A stretch of 54,136 nt of DNA from Octopus bimaculoides (GCF_001194135.2 NC_068981.1:185871275-185925410); one strand, 5' to 3'; positions 36,662 through 49,133 are shown, numbered from the stretch's first letter. Notes: generated by a model from the letters alone, not told the origin. A program made the numbers and translations.

Positions 36662-37040
36662 TATGTGAGGAAAGTAGCTTGCATACCAACCACATGGTTC
36701 CGGCTTGAGGCCCATTACGTGGCACCTTGGGCAAGTGTCTTCTACTATAGCCTCGGGCCGACCAAAGCCTTGTGAGTGGATTTGGTAGACGAAAACTGAA
36801 AGAAACTCGTCGCATATATCTATGTGTATATATATTTGTGTATCCGTGTTTGTACCCCCAACATCGCTTGACAACCGATGTTCGTGTGTTTACCTCCCCG
36901 TAACTTAGCGGTTCGACAAAGGAGACCGATAGAATAAGTACTAGGTCTAGAAAGAATAAGTCCTAGGGTCGATTTGTTCGACTAAAGGCGGTGCCCCAGC
37001 ATGGCCGCAGTCAAATAACTGAAACAAGTAAAAGAGTAAA
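36662..37040 (+). mobile_element. Composite SINE B+C
   Basis: ggcaccttgggcaagtgtcttctactatagcctcgggccgaccaaagcc (CORE-like), short TA/TG linker, module C, tail ggcggtgccccagcatggccgcagtcaaataactgaaacaagtaaaaga. Confidence 0.92.
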
Positions 37041-37340
37041 ATTTGAACTCAGAACATAAAGACAGACGAAATAACGCTAAGCATTTCGCCCGGCGTGCTA
37101 ACGTTTTTTTATTTTTTATTGCCCACAAGGGGCTAAACATAGAGGGGACAAACAAGGACAGACAAAGGGATTAAGTCGATTACATCGACTCCAGTGCGTA
37201 ACTGGTACTTGATTTATCGACCCCGAAAGGATGAAATGCAAAGTCCACCTCGGCGGAATTTGAACTCAGAACGTAACGGCAGACGAAATACAGGTAAGCA
37301 TTTCGCCCGGCGTGCTGACGTTTCTGCCAGCTCGCTGCCT
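37041..37340 (-). mobile_element. SINE family A (tail A1) fused head-to-tail to a second partial A head
   Basis: Full monomer at 37105-37340 followed in sense by aacgttagcacgccgggcgaaatgc...gagttcaaatt (37104-37041). Confidence 0.88.
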
Positions 37341-37599
37341 GAATCGCCTTTACTATTGGCCTTACTATTGGCTTTACGCGCTACTGACCCACATTTTTTC
37401 TCACATGATTTACGCAAGGTATTTGTAGCTGGCAGAGAAGGACTTGTGCATCTTCCACCAGTATAATTTATTGTCAAAATATTTCATATGACTAGCAACT
37501 CTGGCTTTGGGCAATCAGACCCTATTGTAGAAGTTACAAATATCTTCTGATTGAATAGTGTCAAGATGGAATAAATTGTTAATGAATTGTTCATTTCAA

Positions 37600-37935
37600 G
37601 ACAAAGTGTTCGATTCTCCGTGTCTCAGTTGCTTTACATCTCCATCAAAGATCACTTTTTCTGACGGATTGTCCATTTTCTCCCATTTTTCATTATCTAT
37701 ATTATGACCCTAAAGATTATTTTTGACAATATTCGTAAAACGTTTTTCAGGTTTAAGCCACGGACGCTTATCACGTTGCAAAATGGTTGCCTAGGTAATC
37801 TACCATCCGCCAGCCAAGTAACATGTCCAGCCCAACACGTCTGATTGCATATGAGGAGCATTATCTCAATACCGGGTGGGTTGGCTCACCGAAGGACAAC
37901 TGTTCCTGATGTTAGAGATAGAATCTTATGGTCAG
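37600..37935 (-). mobile_element. RTE-clade LINE C-terminal fragment
   Basis: VVLR*ANPPGIEIMLLICNQTCWAGHVTWLADGRLPRQ, frameshift, KRFTNIVKNNL*GHNIDNEKWEKM; matches the RTE RWAGHVxRMxDxRLPK and KRFKD motifs. Confidence 0.8.
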
Positions 37936-38968
37936 TAGATATGGTAAATATAACAGCCAATTCTTCCTTATATTATAAACTACAGACTTAGATAGAGATT
38001 GGCACACTGGATAATGGTGTCCTATATATAAAATACCTGCGAGAAGGGAAACGGTACGGTTGGAAACCATTCGAACGTAGGTGACTCAGTAGTGAGTAAC
38101 ATGGAGTTAACCGACAACGCAGTAATAAAGGAATTAAGAGCGTGCTGAGTGGGAAACGAATTTTATCTGCAGATGTGTACCAGTGTAGAAGTATTTTTGG
38201 GATGACTTTCTTTCTACAGCTGGTATGGCATATTAATAGTTACTTCGAGATTAATCTAGTGTGAACACAGGTATAACTTTAGTCCGGAAAATACTGTAGT
38301 TAATCTAAGGTGAAATGAGTAGAATTATGTGAGTCTCATTTATTTTTAATATCGTTTAATGATAGAACGTAATACTGGCCACTGTTCATCCAATTATTCG
38401 CGATTCAAAATAAATGGCATTTACCTAATCCTTTCCTTTATTAATAAACCTTCGCTTCAACCAAATTAACCATATTTTCAAATTTTCGTTCAGTCGATAA
38501 TTACCATGATTGTTTCATGCTGTCATGGAGAATTACTTGAATTAAAAGTGTAATAGTTAGTTATTAATATTTTCCCATTTTATCTCAACCCCCTACCAGT
38601 TAAATAGGATGGTCATAATGTGAATATTTTAATGAAATAAAGTTGATAATGTCTAGAGTACGACACTGGAAAGTCATTTTGTGCAAGAGCATTTACTGGA
38701 GAGTGATATGTATACGAATTAAGTCTGATTATTAGGCAGTATCTACGAAAACATGAGCTGCGATGTATACAGGGTTTCGAATAGTTGCCAAATAGAAAAA
38801 GACACGGATGTGTGCTTACCAAACTCGCTTTGCAACCACGAATTTTCGGCTTCAGTTACACTGCACAGTATCTTGGGAAAGAGTTTTCTACTATAGCTAC
38901 AAGCCTACCAATATATCTTAAGTGAGTTCAGGTTGATAGAAATCTTGTTAAAGCCCTTGGTTTATATA

Positions 38969-39643
38969 CAGCGTGTCCCAAAATTCACTGATGGATTTCA
39001 GTTTTAATAACTTCCTTAAATTTACCAATAAATGAATGAATATTTGATACATACAAAGGACATAATGGAAATATACACAAGTTAAATTTAGCAACACCAC
39101 TACATCACATATGAGAAATGAGATCGCTTAAATGGCAGCCATTTTCGGCTTCGCACGCCCGTGCCCTTTCCAAAACATGCACCATAACACCATAAGAGTT
39201 TCAGACTCCACTTCTCTGATTTCTCCTGCATTTGCAACAGGGTCGCCAGTATGTTGACGTAAATGCTCTCTTTCAGGTATCCATGATTGAGACCTTTTTG
39301 CGCCTGGCCTTTCAAAGTAGACCTTACACTTAGTTCCAGCAAGATGGGGCAACTTCTCATACCGCAACAGAGACAATATAATTGCTACGGCAGTGCCTTG
39401 GAGAGAGAATAATCTCCCGTTACGGTAATGTAAACTGGCCTTCACGTTCTGCACACTTGACTAGCCCGAATTTTTTCTGGTGGGGATACCTGAAAGAGAG
39501 GGTTTACGAGTAGCGTTACAACATTTGACACGTACACATTAATTTCCATTTATGTCCTTGTACTGTATCAAAAGTCTGTGCCATTTATTTGTAAAGTTAA
39601 GGAAATTACTAAAAACTGAAACCTATCAGTAACTTTTGGCACC

Positions 39644-39646
<3 letters not shown>
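38969..39646 (-). mobile_element. Internally deleted and rearranged Tc1/mariner element with ~105-bp TIRs
   Basis: TIRs at 38969-39072 and 39542-39646, flanked by TA. Minus: GYLKESIYVNI.../REIREVESETL..VLERARACEAENGCHLSDL*. Plus: FQQDGATSHTA...ERIISRYGNVNWPSRSAHLTSPNFFWWGYLKERVY. Confidence 0.9.
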
Positions 39647-39726
<80 letters not shown>

Positions 39727-39732
39727 TATATA

Positions 39733-39880
39733 TAGTCCAATTTACAAAAAAAAACAGACAACAAACAGCTATGTTAGTTTAAAGTTCAGGAAGGTGAGAA
39801 GGTCTATTACGTTTCGAGTCTACGCATTCAACAGAAAGTAATACGATGAAATAAACAGAGAGAGAAGAAAAAATGCTTTT
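39733..39880 (-). mobile_element. Family F element, copy 3 (hammerhead-like motif 39804-39838)
   Basis: Sense cttt-CTGTTGA-atgcgtagactc-GAAA-CG-TA-atag; ends gtaaattggac-tatatat at a (TA)n/(CA)n tract. Confidence 0.65.
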
Positions 39881-41064
39881 CGAGCTAGCGGTCAATCATA
39901 TATATATATATATGTACTGTATGCAAAAGCGGGACTGCGAAACTTGTTTGCGGCAACAGACATTAAGTGAGGCCACACAAAGGATTTCTATTTCTTTTTG
40001 CGAGGCAGAATTGCCCTAGGAATATGTAAGAAATTCTTATCTTTCTCTTTACTTTACTGCTCTAGACGATGTATGATGAAGAAAAATAATGAGATGCCAT
40101 CGAAGCAATGAACTATCTTCTATCTTCAAATTTTAGAGTGTTGCATTTTGCTTAATTAATTTGTGTTTCTCTTTATGCCGTGCCCACGATTCCAAAGAAT
40201 AGTAATATATTCGGCTCGAGCAACAACAAAAATTAAGAACATTATTCTATGTAAGGAAACAGAAATTAAAAATCTTCAATTAAAAATTGAATATGCAAGT
40301 TCTTGAACTTTGTTTAATCTGGAACCGATTCTTCTTCCTTTAACAGCAAATCATTACCAGAAGCAAACCACGTATTGGAAATATATTATAATATAGAGAT
40401 CAAGTATACTTCCTCAGGATGAATGGCAGCGCAGCTTAATTATAAAAGACATTAATACGGTGAAAGGTAGACGAGCATATTGAAGATAAGTAAGCTCTTT
40501 GAACAGTGAGGTTTTTTAAATGGTATGAAAGATAAACTTGTTTGTATAATTTGTATTACATTTAAATACAGCTATTTATCATTTCGTTATCGATATCATA
40601 AACACTAGTCACGTACTGGGTTGATAAATGTAACCTTATTCATGAGATAGAAAACTAGGGCGAAGTGTATATAAATCTATAAATTAAAACTACATTGGTA
40701 CTTAAATGTGTTCAGTGTGACATAAAATTCCAAACAAAATCTTTGTATCTCATATATGTCGATTTGCATTTTGCCCTCTGCGTGTGAGGTTACACACTTT
40801 ATTATTTAAAACCATAATAATATATAAATATATAATTGAAAATACCCATTTACGTTCCTGTCATAAACAAATATAAAAAATTGTAAAATATAAAATTTCT
40901 AATCAAGACGTAAAATCTATATTAAAAAAATAAAATAAAATATTTACATTTATTTCTCCGTGTTTGTTTTATTTTTTCGTTTCATTTCATTTTAAGATGC
41001 AAATAGGCAAATAGTGACATCAATGTCAAGTGTAACGAAATAGTTACAGAAACAATTATAAGAG

Positions 41065-41160
41065 CACACACACGCACAAACACACACACGCACAAACACA
41101 CACACGCACAAACACACACACGCACAAACACACACATGCACAAACACACACACGCACACA
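41065..41160. repeat. 16-bp minisatellite (CACACACACGCACAAA) x6
   Basis: Four identical units at 41065-41128 plus two single-substitution variants. Confidence 0.95.
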
Positions 41161-41369
41161 CACACGCAGACATATATATGTATGTATGCATGTATATATA
41201 TATGTATATATGTATATATCTATATGTATGTATACGTGTGTATGTTATATACACACATATATATCTACATACATATGTACATATATATACATATATATGT
41301 ATATATATACATATGTAGATATATACATAAGTATATATATGTATATATATATACATATGTATCTATATA

Positions 41370-41411
<42 letters not shown>

Positions 41412-41432
41412 CACACACCTATATATATCTTA

Positions 41433-41475
<43 letters not shown>

Positions 41476-42406
41476 TGTGCATGCATATATATCATATATA
41501 TGTATATATATGTATATATATGCATACATATATGTATATAAACAAATTGTACATCTATTGTAAATAGATATGCAAACTGCAAGTTGTGTAATTATCTGTG
41601 AAATAGAATGTTGTAAATTAATTGGAAGGCAAGGCAATCTTAAGCTTAATAACAAAATCATTTCAGTTTGTTTTAAGCGAAATCGAATTCAAAATTATAT
41701 TTAATAAGATTTTCTAAAGAGCACGTCGACATACAACTATGCGAAGCACCATATAATTATCTACAAGCTAACATACCTACATACCTCCTTGCCTACACAA
41801 CCACCATCACGTTTATTCTTTGATATGGAAACATCAACTATGGAATATAACAGGTTTGTCTTATAATTACTGTTAAGTGCACAGTTTTGGAATAAAACGT
41901 TCTATTTGAGACCAAAGTTCATATTGAATAATGTTAAAAGAGAAAATATTTCCAATTGTTTAAAGGAAGAAACTGTCATAACAGCAGAATAGTTTAGTTC
42001 TCGTGTAATTTGTATGAAAGTTTGCTATCAGCTTCTTGAGGTGGAGAATGGATTGGAGGAAAACGTAGATCAATAGATGCATAGACTGCAAAGAGATTTG
42101 CAGACAATTGATATTTTGTGTGGAATGTGAAGCATTAGTCATAACAGAAACGACCTAATTTTAAATGAACATCCATTTAACTGAATGTGTAATGTGGAAA
42201 ACATGTATTAGACATTAGTGCAGCAGGCATGACAGCCTGGTAGAAAAAAAGAAAGAAAAACATGTGCTACGAAAATATGGTTGCAGGATCGATCGCATTG
42301 CGTGCCATCGTGGACAAGTATCTTTTTTGCCCGGGCGTCAAGTTGGCCATTAATTATGTTGAGAGCGGGATTCGCTAGATGTAAAATAAATGCTGCGTGC
42401 GTGCGT

Positions 42407-42454
<48 letters not shown>

Positions 42455-43941
42455 GCATGTGCGTGTGTGTGTGTGTGTGTGTTCGCGCCTGCGTTTGAGG
42501 TTATGTGTACTGGAATTTAACTTACAGCGATGTAAATCGCTGAAATATGCGAACATTAAAGAGAAAATCAATAAGTGGTGCCAACGTGATATAACCATTG
42601 GAGAGAAAGACGATAAACTCTGCGTGGGATATTTGTTCTGCCCGAATTACACAGACAATCTCCTTTAAATCAGGCCATCGTAAATTCAGTGAACCAGTCA
42701 TTAGCCTACTGGCAAACTTTAACCAACGACTGTATTCTGAATAAATAGAAAAGGTTATAATATATGCAATAAATACAATAGTGAATACTAGTAAATTATG
42801 AGAAATGAACTTTTCTGAGTCCGTATATTTATGGCTGGTGATAATTATTCTTGAAATATATCGAATACTTTCTAACGTAAAATGTTGCCCATACATGGAC
42901 TACAGTACAAAAACATGGTGGTCGTGCTGACATTAAAGTAGTTACGTCGAGAAATGGAGTAGAAAAATCTCCCTTCCAGATTCGTTGACCGACATCACAA
43001 AAACTCAATTTGCCTGAAATACACGTAGATTCACAAAAGACGGTTAAGTTGGTAGTGGTTTAGGGTGGCCTGAATTTTATTAGCAGTCAGTGCAACGGGT
43101 GGATAATATATGTTCTTTCTATATTCTTTAGTTAGAAGAGAATGCAGTGCGTTTGAAGGGTCTCAGAGACTAGTGGAAGGAAGAGAGGAAGAGAGGAAGG
43201 TAAACTCATACCGGAAATTCGCTCCGAGCGCTCGCAGTATACTGAGCTCTGCTAAAAACACTCAGAGGTTCTGGTGATTGTGGTAAATTGGACGATATAT
43301 TAAATCATTTACCCAACAAGACACGAGATGAATCAGAACAGGATTAATACTGCTCGGCATCACGTTCGATTTTCTCTCAATTCCACCCATTTACTGAACT
43401 GGATTGATACGTTTTTATTGCCCACTAAAGAATGAACTGCAATATTGACCGCAGCAGGATTTGAACTCATAACGCAGTGAGTCGGAAAAAGCACTGCATG
43501 GCGTCATATCTAACACACTAGCAATATTGAAGAGTAAATGGAACAAGAGTTTACGAATTTAGATACAGGATGCCATACTGAATAGTACCGATTGGTACCA
43601 ATAGCTGCTGGATTTCATTAGAATCATCTTTTGCAGTACAGTAAATGCGAGTAGTCTAATGTTTAATGCGTTGCGCTCACGACCTCCAGATGGTGGGTTC
43701 TTTTCCCGGACCGGGCTACGAGTTGTGTTCTTGTGCAAAAGACTTGGTTTCACGTTGGTCTAGGTCAGTGTGTGTGTATGGGTGGAGGGTCAGCATACAA
43801 AGGAATAGACTCAATGTTGCCTTTGCGTGTCGTAAAAAGCGACTGAAGTAGGTTGAGTTAGGATTCGCCATCCGACCTGGTAAAGCCCTCACCACCAATT
43901 AGTACTCATACAGTCGCAAGGGCTGGAGGATTGTCGCCTGC

Positions 43942-44366
43942 ATCTTTTCTACTCCAGGCACAAGGCCCTAAATTTCGGGGGAGGGGGCTACACGATTAGA
44001 TCGACTCTTGTACGCATATGGTACTTAATTTATCACCCCTGAAAGGATGAATGGCAAAATCAACCTCGACAGAATTTGAACTCAGAACATAAAGACAGAC
44101 GAAATACCACTAAGCATTACACTCGGCGTCTTAACGTTTCTTATTTCTTTATTGCCCGCAAGGGGCTAAACATAGAGGGATCAACAAGGAGAGACAAAGG
44201 GATTAAGTCGATTACATCGACCCCAGTTCGTAACTGGTACTTAAATTATCGACCCCGAAAGGATGAAAGGTAAAGTCTACCTCGGCGGAATTTGAACTCA
44301 GAACGTAAAGACAGACGAAATACCGCTAAGCATTTCGCCCGGCGTGCTAACGATTCTGCCAGCTCG
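43942..44366 (-). mobile_element. SINE family A dimer (A1-tailed monomer plus 5'-clipped A2-tailed monomer)
   Basis: Sense junction ...gggcaataaagaaataa|gaaacgttaagacgccgag at 44140/44141. Confidence 0.88.
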
Positions 44367-44438
44367 GTTGTCGACCAAATGGTTAAAAAATATCATCCTC
44401 CAGGAGTAGCGGATGCGGCGACGCGCTACAGGATCCTA

Positions 44439-44440
<2 letters not shown>

Positions 44441-44470
<30 letters not shown>

Positions 44471-44490
44471 GTAGTAGTAGTAGTAGTAGT
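44441..44490. repeat. (CTA)10(GTA)n palindromic microsatellite
   Basis: Perfect 42-bp palindrome at 44449-44490 centred on ACT|AGT. Confidence 0.97.
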
Positions 44491-45280
44491 AATTGTACAG
44501 TGTTGACAACGAAACGATCTTCTATGAAAACATACTAAGCTTTCCACTGAAAGCCGAATCTACAGTTTAGAAGTTCGGGATAATCTGATACACGGAGGCG
44601 TTATATAACAAAATGTAATTTTCACTAATTCAAATATTTCAGGAATTGTTAATGAGCATGTTATGGTAAAATAACATTTGAAAATGTTCAACAGAAATTC
44701 TCTAAGGAATTCAGGTGAATAATTAAGTCTAAAAGTGAAATGACATCTTCGAAACATAATTTTGATTGTGAATATTATCATCGGTTATCAATTCTAAATA
44801 TACGTTTGACCTCCAGATGTCTGTATTGAACAGCTACCAGACACAACACAGACATCGAAATTTGTCTGTGATATACGCTGAAGAGAAAACATGGGACAGT
44901 TCTGCCTAAAGTCATGCGAAGAGACAGCCTTTGTTACATAATACATTTGAATACGTGTATGTGTATGTGTGTGTCTGGTTGTGAGAATGAGACACACAGA
45001 GAGAGGTAGTGAGATGTACAGGGAAATAGATGGAGGAGAGACAGACACATGGGGAAGGAGAGAGATTATTTCTATGACTTTGTATATATGCTTTTGAAAA
45101 ACTACAATACAATCATCCATTCATCATTATCGCTTCAAGTATACGTATATACATAAACACACATACATACAATATATANNNNNNNNNNNNNNNNNNNNNN
45201 NNNNNNNNNNNNNNNNNNNNNNNNNNNNNNNNNNNNNNNNNNNNNNNNNNNNNNNNNNNNNNNNNNNNNNNNNNNNNNNN

Positions 45281-45326
<46 letters not shown>

Positions 45327-45356
45327 TATCGATAGATAGATAGATAGATAGATGAG

Positions 45357-45551
45357 AAGGCGGGCGAAATGCGAAACGTTTAGCAGTATTTCGTCTGTCT
45401 TTACATTCTTGAGTTCAAATTCCGCCGAGGTCGACCTTGCCTTCCATGCTTTCGAAGTCGATAAATTAAGTACCAGTTGCGTGCTAGGGTCGATCTAATG
45501 GACTGGGCCCCTTCCCCAAATTTCGGGCCTTGTGCCTAGTGTAGAAAAGAA
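45357..45551 (+). mobile_element. SINE family A, tail A2, A-box deleted
   Basis: gagttcaaattccgccgaggtcgacc...gtcgataaattaagtaccag...tttcgggccttgtgcctagtgtagaaaagaat. Confidence 0.88.
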
Positions 45552-45612
45552 TATATATAGTTGTGCGTGTGTGTGTATGCCTGTATACATACATATATAC
45601 ACATAATGCATA

Positions 45613-46172
45613 TTCATTTTCATTTCATTTCATCTAGTTTCAGCTCATGAGCTGTGGCCATGCTGGGGCACCGCCATTTGGCGTTGCTACACAATTTTAC
45701 TTCACGAATTTTACTTCAGGAATTGACATTTGGTGCATGAGAGAGTTTGATGCAGCTGCTCGCATCTGCACCTCCTGCCGTGAAGTTGGTTCATCTGGGA
45801 CACCTGAGAGGAAGAGATCCAGCCTCATCCTGAAGACACCTACATCCACCGCATGCAGGTCTCTCAGGTATTTCGGGAGGATATTGAAGAGCTGTGGACC
45901 TCTGAAGCCCAGGCTATTGCAGTATCTTGTCCTACATCTTGATGGGAAATTTGGTGTCCTTGGCACTATGCAATGGCATCCAGTTCTTTTATTTGTGTAA
46001 CTTTCGATGCCAAAGTTTGGGACAATTCCTTCGAGGATCTTCCAGATGTATATTATGGCATATCTTTCACGTCTACGCTCTAAGGAATAGAGTCTTAATC
46101 TCTTGAGTCTTTCCCAATAGCTTATATGCTGCATAAGCTATTTTTCTTCGTGTAGCTTCGTTGGATTGCCTC
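45613..46172 (-). mobile_element. 3' end of a CR1/L2-like LINE (RT C-terminus, 3' UTR, (ATGAA)n tail)
   Basis: EAIQRSYTKK / HISYWERLKRLRLYSLERRRERYAIIYIWKILEG...FRGPQLFNILPKYLR...FRMRLDLFL; the ORF is open over 45697-46134. Confidence 0.9.
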
Positions 46173-46199
46173 ATATATATATATACACAAGCATTTTTG

Positions 46200-46440
46200 T
46201 GAATATGTACATTATGCAAATGCCACTCCAGGCTCTCCTCTAAACTCTTCATTTCTCCCTTTCCAAAAGAACGTATATTTCCCACAAGATTCTGTAAGAT
46301 GACCAACTCCAGCTAATCTCATCTAAACCGCCGGGTTTAGACTGTGATGCTCTGGAGCCCCTGCCGGGACAGACTCTTTCATGTGATGTGGTTCCATAGT
46401 CCTTACTGCCATTTATTTTTATACAGTTTTGGTACACATT
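46200..46440 (-). mobile_element. RTE-clade LINE APE-endonuclease fragment
   Basis: MRLAGVGHLTESCGKYTFFWKGRNEEFRGEPGVAFA matches the RTE TRLAGEG..YTFFWxG..R..GVGFA pattern; GC-rich 46560-46790 may be its 5' UTR. Confidence 0.7.
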
Positions 46441-47335
46441 GATTCTTTGCCTTTTAAGGCTACAGCCAACCATTCAGTTGAGATTCATAGCACTATCAAC
46501 AATCTTCAATTAGTTAATTAATTAATCAATCAGCGTTGTTATCATGCAATGCCTGTGCAAGAAGATTTTTTTTAAGTGTGGAAAGGCTCTGCACCGAGTC
46601 AATCCCACTCACTAAGCAACAGCAGCCATAATCCGAAAAGAAGAACAAGTCAACATCATCGGTAACCACTGAGCCGCAGGTTTTATGTCGGATTAATCCC
46701 AGTTACCTGAGTTGCCTTCTCCTAGAAGGATGCCCTAACAAAGGCTAGGGGTTCTTCACTCCCAATGGTTTAACCGCGCGATCGAGTATTCGGTCCAATT
46801 ATTTCTCTCCCCGCGCTAGATAGAATCATAGGCTGGATAAAATAGAAATAAAAAAAGATTAAAAAAACATACGATCTATAAAAAAATATTGATATACAGT
46901 ATATACATAAAATATACGATATGGAATACATAAGATTGAAACACAATATATGCAATTTAAAAACACAATATACAATATATACACCCACAAATACTCCACA
47001 AACACATGTAGTTGAATGGCCATTAATTACGTTGTATTTCCCCCGCCCTTTGACGGGTCTTATTTTTTGTCCCGCGGGGTGTTTAACAAGCACCCACTTC
47101 ACCAAGCATGCCTGATGGGGTTGCCAGTTTAGTCATCGACGACCTGACCATTGAACAGGTTGTACTGGACTACATGGTACCAATAGCACTCAAGAGCGAC
47201 TTGACATGAACATAGATACATATATACATACATGCATACATACATATATATATATATATATGAGAGAACGTGAAAATCAATTTTGGGAATTGGTTCTCGA
47301 AGCACATGCTGTAAATAAGAGAAGAGAAAATTAAT

Positions 47336-47566
47336 ATTTCTTTATTGCCCATAGAAGCTAAATATAGAGAAGACAAAGAAGGACAGACAAAAGGATTGAT
47401 TTGATTACATCGACTCCAGTGCGTAACAAGTACTAATTTAATCGACCCCGAAAAGATGAAAGGCAAAGTCGACCTCGGCGGAATTTGAACTCAGAACGTA
47501 AAGACAAACGAAATACCGGAAAGCATTTCGCCCGGCATGCTCACGTTTTTGCCAGCTCACCGCCTT
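47336..47566 (-). mobile_element. SINE family A (tail A1) monomer with TSD
   Basis: Full head, core and tail; flanks gagaaaattaatatt (47324-47338) and gagcaaataaatatt (47567-47581), 13/15 identical. Confidence 0.9.
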
Positions 47567-49133
47567 GAGCAAATAAATATTGGACTAAAAATTCCTTTGA
47601 GGTATACTGCTAACTGTTGAAACGTCAGGTGATCTAGGACCCCACACTACCGATTTCCACTGCAAAATTGGGACAACAGTGGCACGTCGGAGAAATAAGC
47701 CCCACGAGGTGGAGTGGCTATTGCAGCCAGTGTCACCAGCTATTCCCCATGGCAACACCATAGCAGTCATTACTGCGGGTCGCGGCAGGGCACACAATTT
47801 TTTCTGAATTATGTGGCCCACCTCCCCTTCCTTCTGCTCCTTTACTCCCCTTTCTCTGTTCTTCCTTTTCTTTTATTCTGTCTTTTTCCCCTGTTTCTTT
47901 GTTTTTAAATGTTATAAGGTTATTTAATCTGATAACTCACCAATGTTACCTGTCACAGGCATGTAATCGCTTCATTAATAGTACTTACTAGAAGAGTCAT
48001 TCTGAGATATTTATTGTAAATTATGCCAGTATTATTAACGCACTGGTTCAATTCCACTCTTTTGTTATTAGTCAATTGATTAAATATCCAGATAAATGAT
48101 CGAGTGTCTATTTAATTATGGTTAAACAGTAAGGGAGTTGTTTTGTTCTTATTTGTGAAATCTCTTGAAAAGATTGCAAGTAGCAACGAAAGAACTTTAA
48201 CAAACAAAAACAAAGCAGACGATTTACTGTCTGACCAAATGAAACAAAAAATCGATCAGTTAGTTGGATATTTAACCAATTGACTAATAATAAAGGAATG
48301 GAATGAACCAGTGCATATTTTAATAATATTGGCATAATGAGTCTCCCTAGATACAACAAAATTTATTTCAACACACGAATTCAGATAAATAATCTTGCAA
48401 ACGAGATACAAAAACGAAGTTTTGTAATTTATCCACAAATAAAGATTTCTTTACTTTTATGCAGTAAAATTTGACATCTGTATTGTAATTTACTGGATAT
48501 CAATATGCGATAGTTGTATCGCTGGATCACATAACACCATCATGGACATGTTAACAAGTAGTCTTGCCAGACCAACGGGGGAAAGTATGTCTTGTAGCAT
48601 TCATTGGAGCTGCTACATGGCCTCCTCATTTGCTATGAATACCAGACAAATATTCCCCAAATAACGCATATCTTATAAAAGAACGGTAGCATTAGGTAAA
48701 ATACCTCAGGTTACAGAAATCAAAGGTGGGATGAGCCTGGCTGGAATAACGTTTGGCATTACTTTACTCAGTCTTTTGTTTATTGTGGATACACTATTGA
48801 AGCAATCTCATTTGTTACTTGAAAACAAGTGGCATATCTATTAAGTAGTTAAAATCCTTTTGACAGTTATCATGATCTCCCTCTTGCGAGAGTCATTATC
48901 ACAACTACAAACACACGCACTAGTTCTATTTTATATCTTTTTATCATCAATAGTCAATTAATTAACATGGTGTCGTTGTGTGGTACGAAGTTTGCATACT
49001 CCATGTCTGATCCAGAACGGATCCATGTCTAAAAGACGAAAAATTATGTAATATTCTAGAAAATATTTATTACCATGTGCCACTTGCGTCACTAATGGTG
49101 TCGAGAAAGGATGAGTATTGCATTTTTTTTAAA

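Noticed and set aside
42529-42668. Possible terminal exon after cttacAG (RCKSLKYANIKEKINKWCQRD...)
   Set aside because: No recognisable homology and no partner exons; an open frame this short is expected by chance.
43540-43900. Possible RTE 5' UTR and endonuclease start on the minus strand
   Set aside because: Only a vague LNIRL/EIQQL resemblance to the WNVRT region; insufficient evidence.
44875-44930. CTGAAGAG hammerhead first box
   Set aside because: No correctly placed stem II-GAAA or stem I partner.
47610-47830. GC-rich island with a CSQC motif followed by a CT-rich tract
   Set aside because: Probably a retroelement UTR, but no diagnostic motif or second copy in the window.
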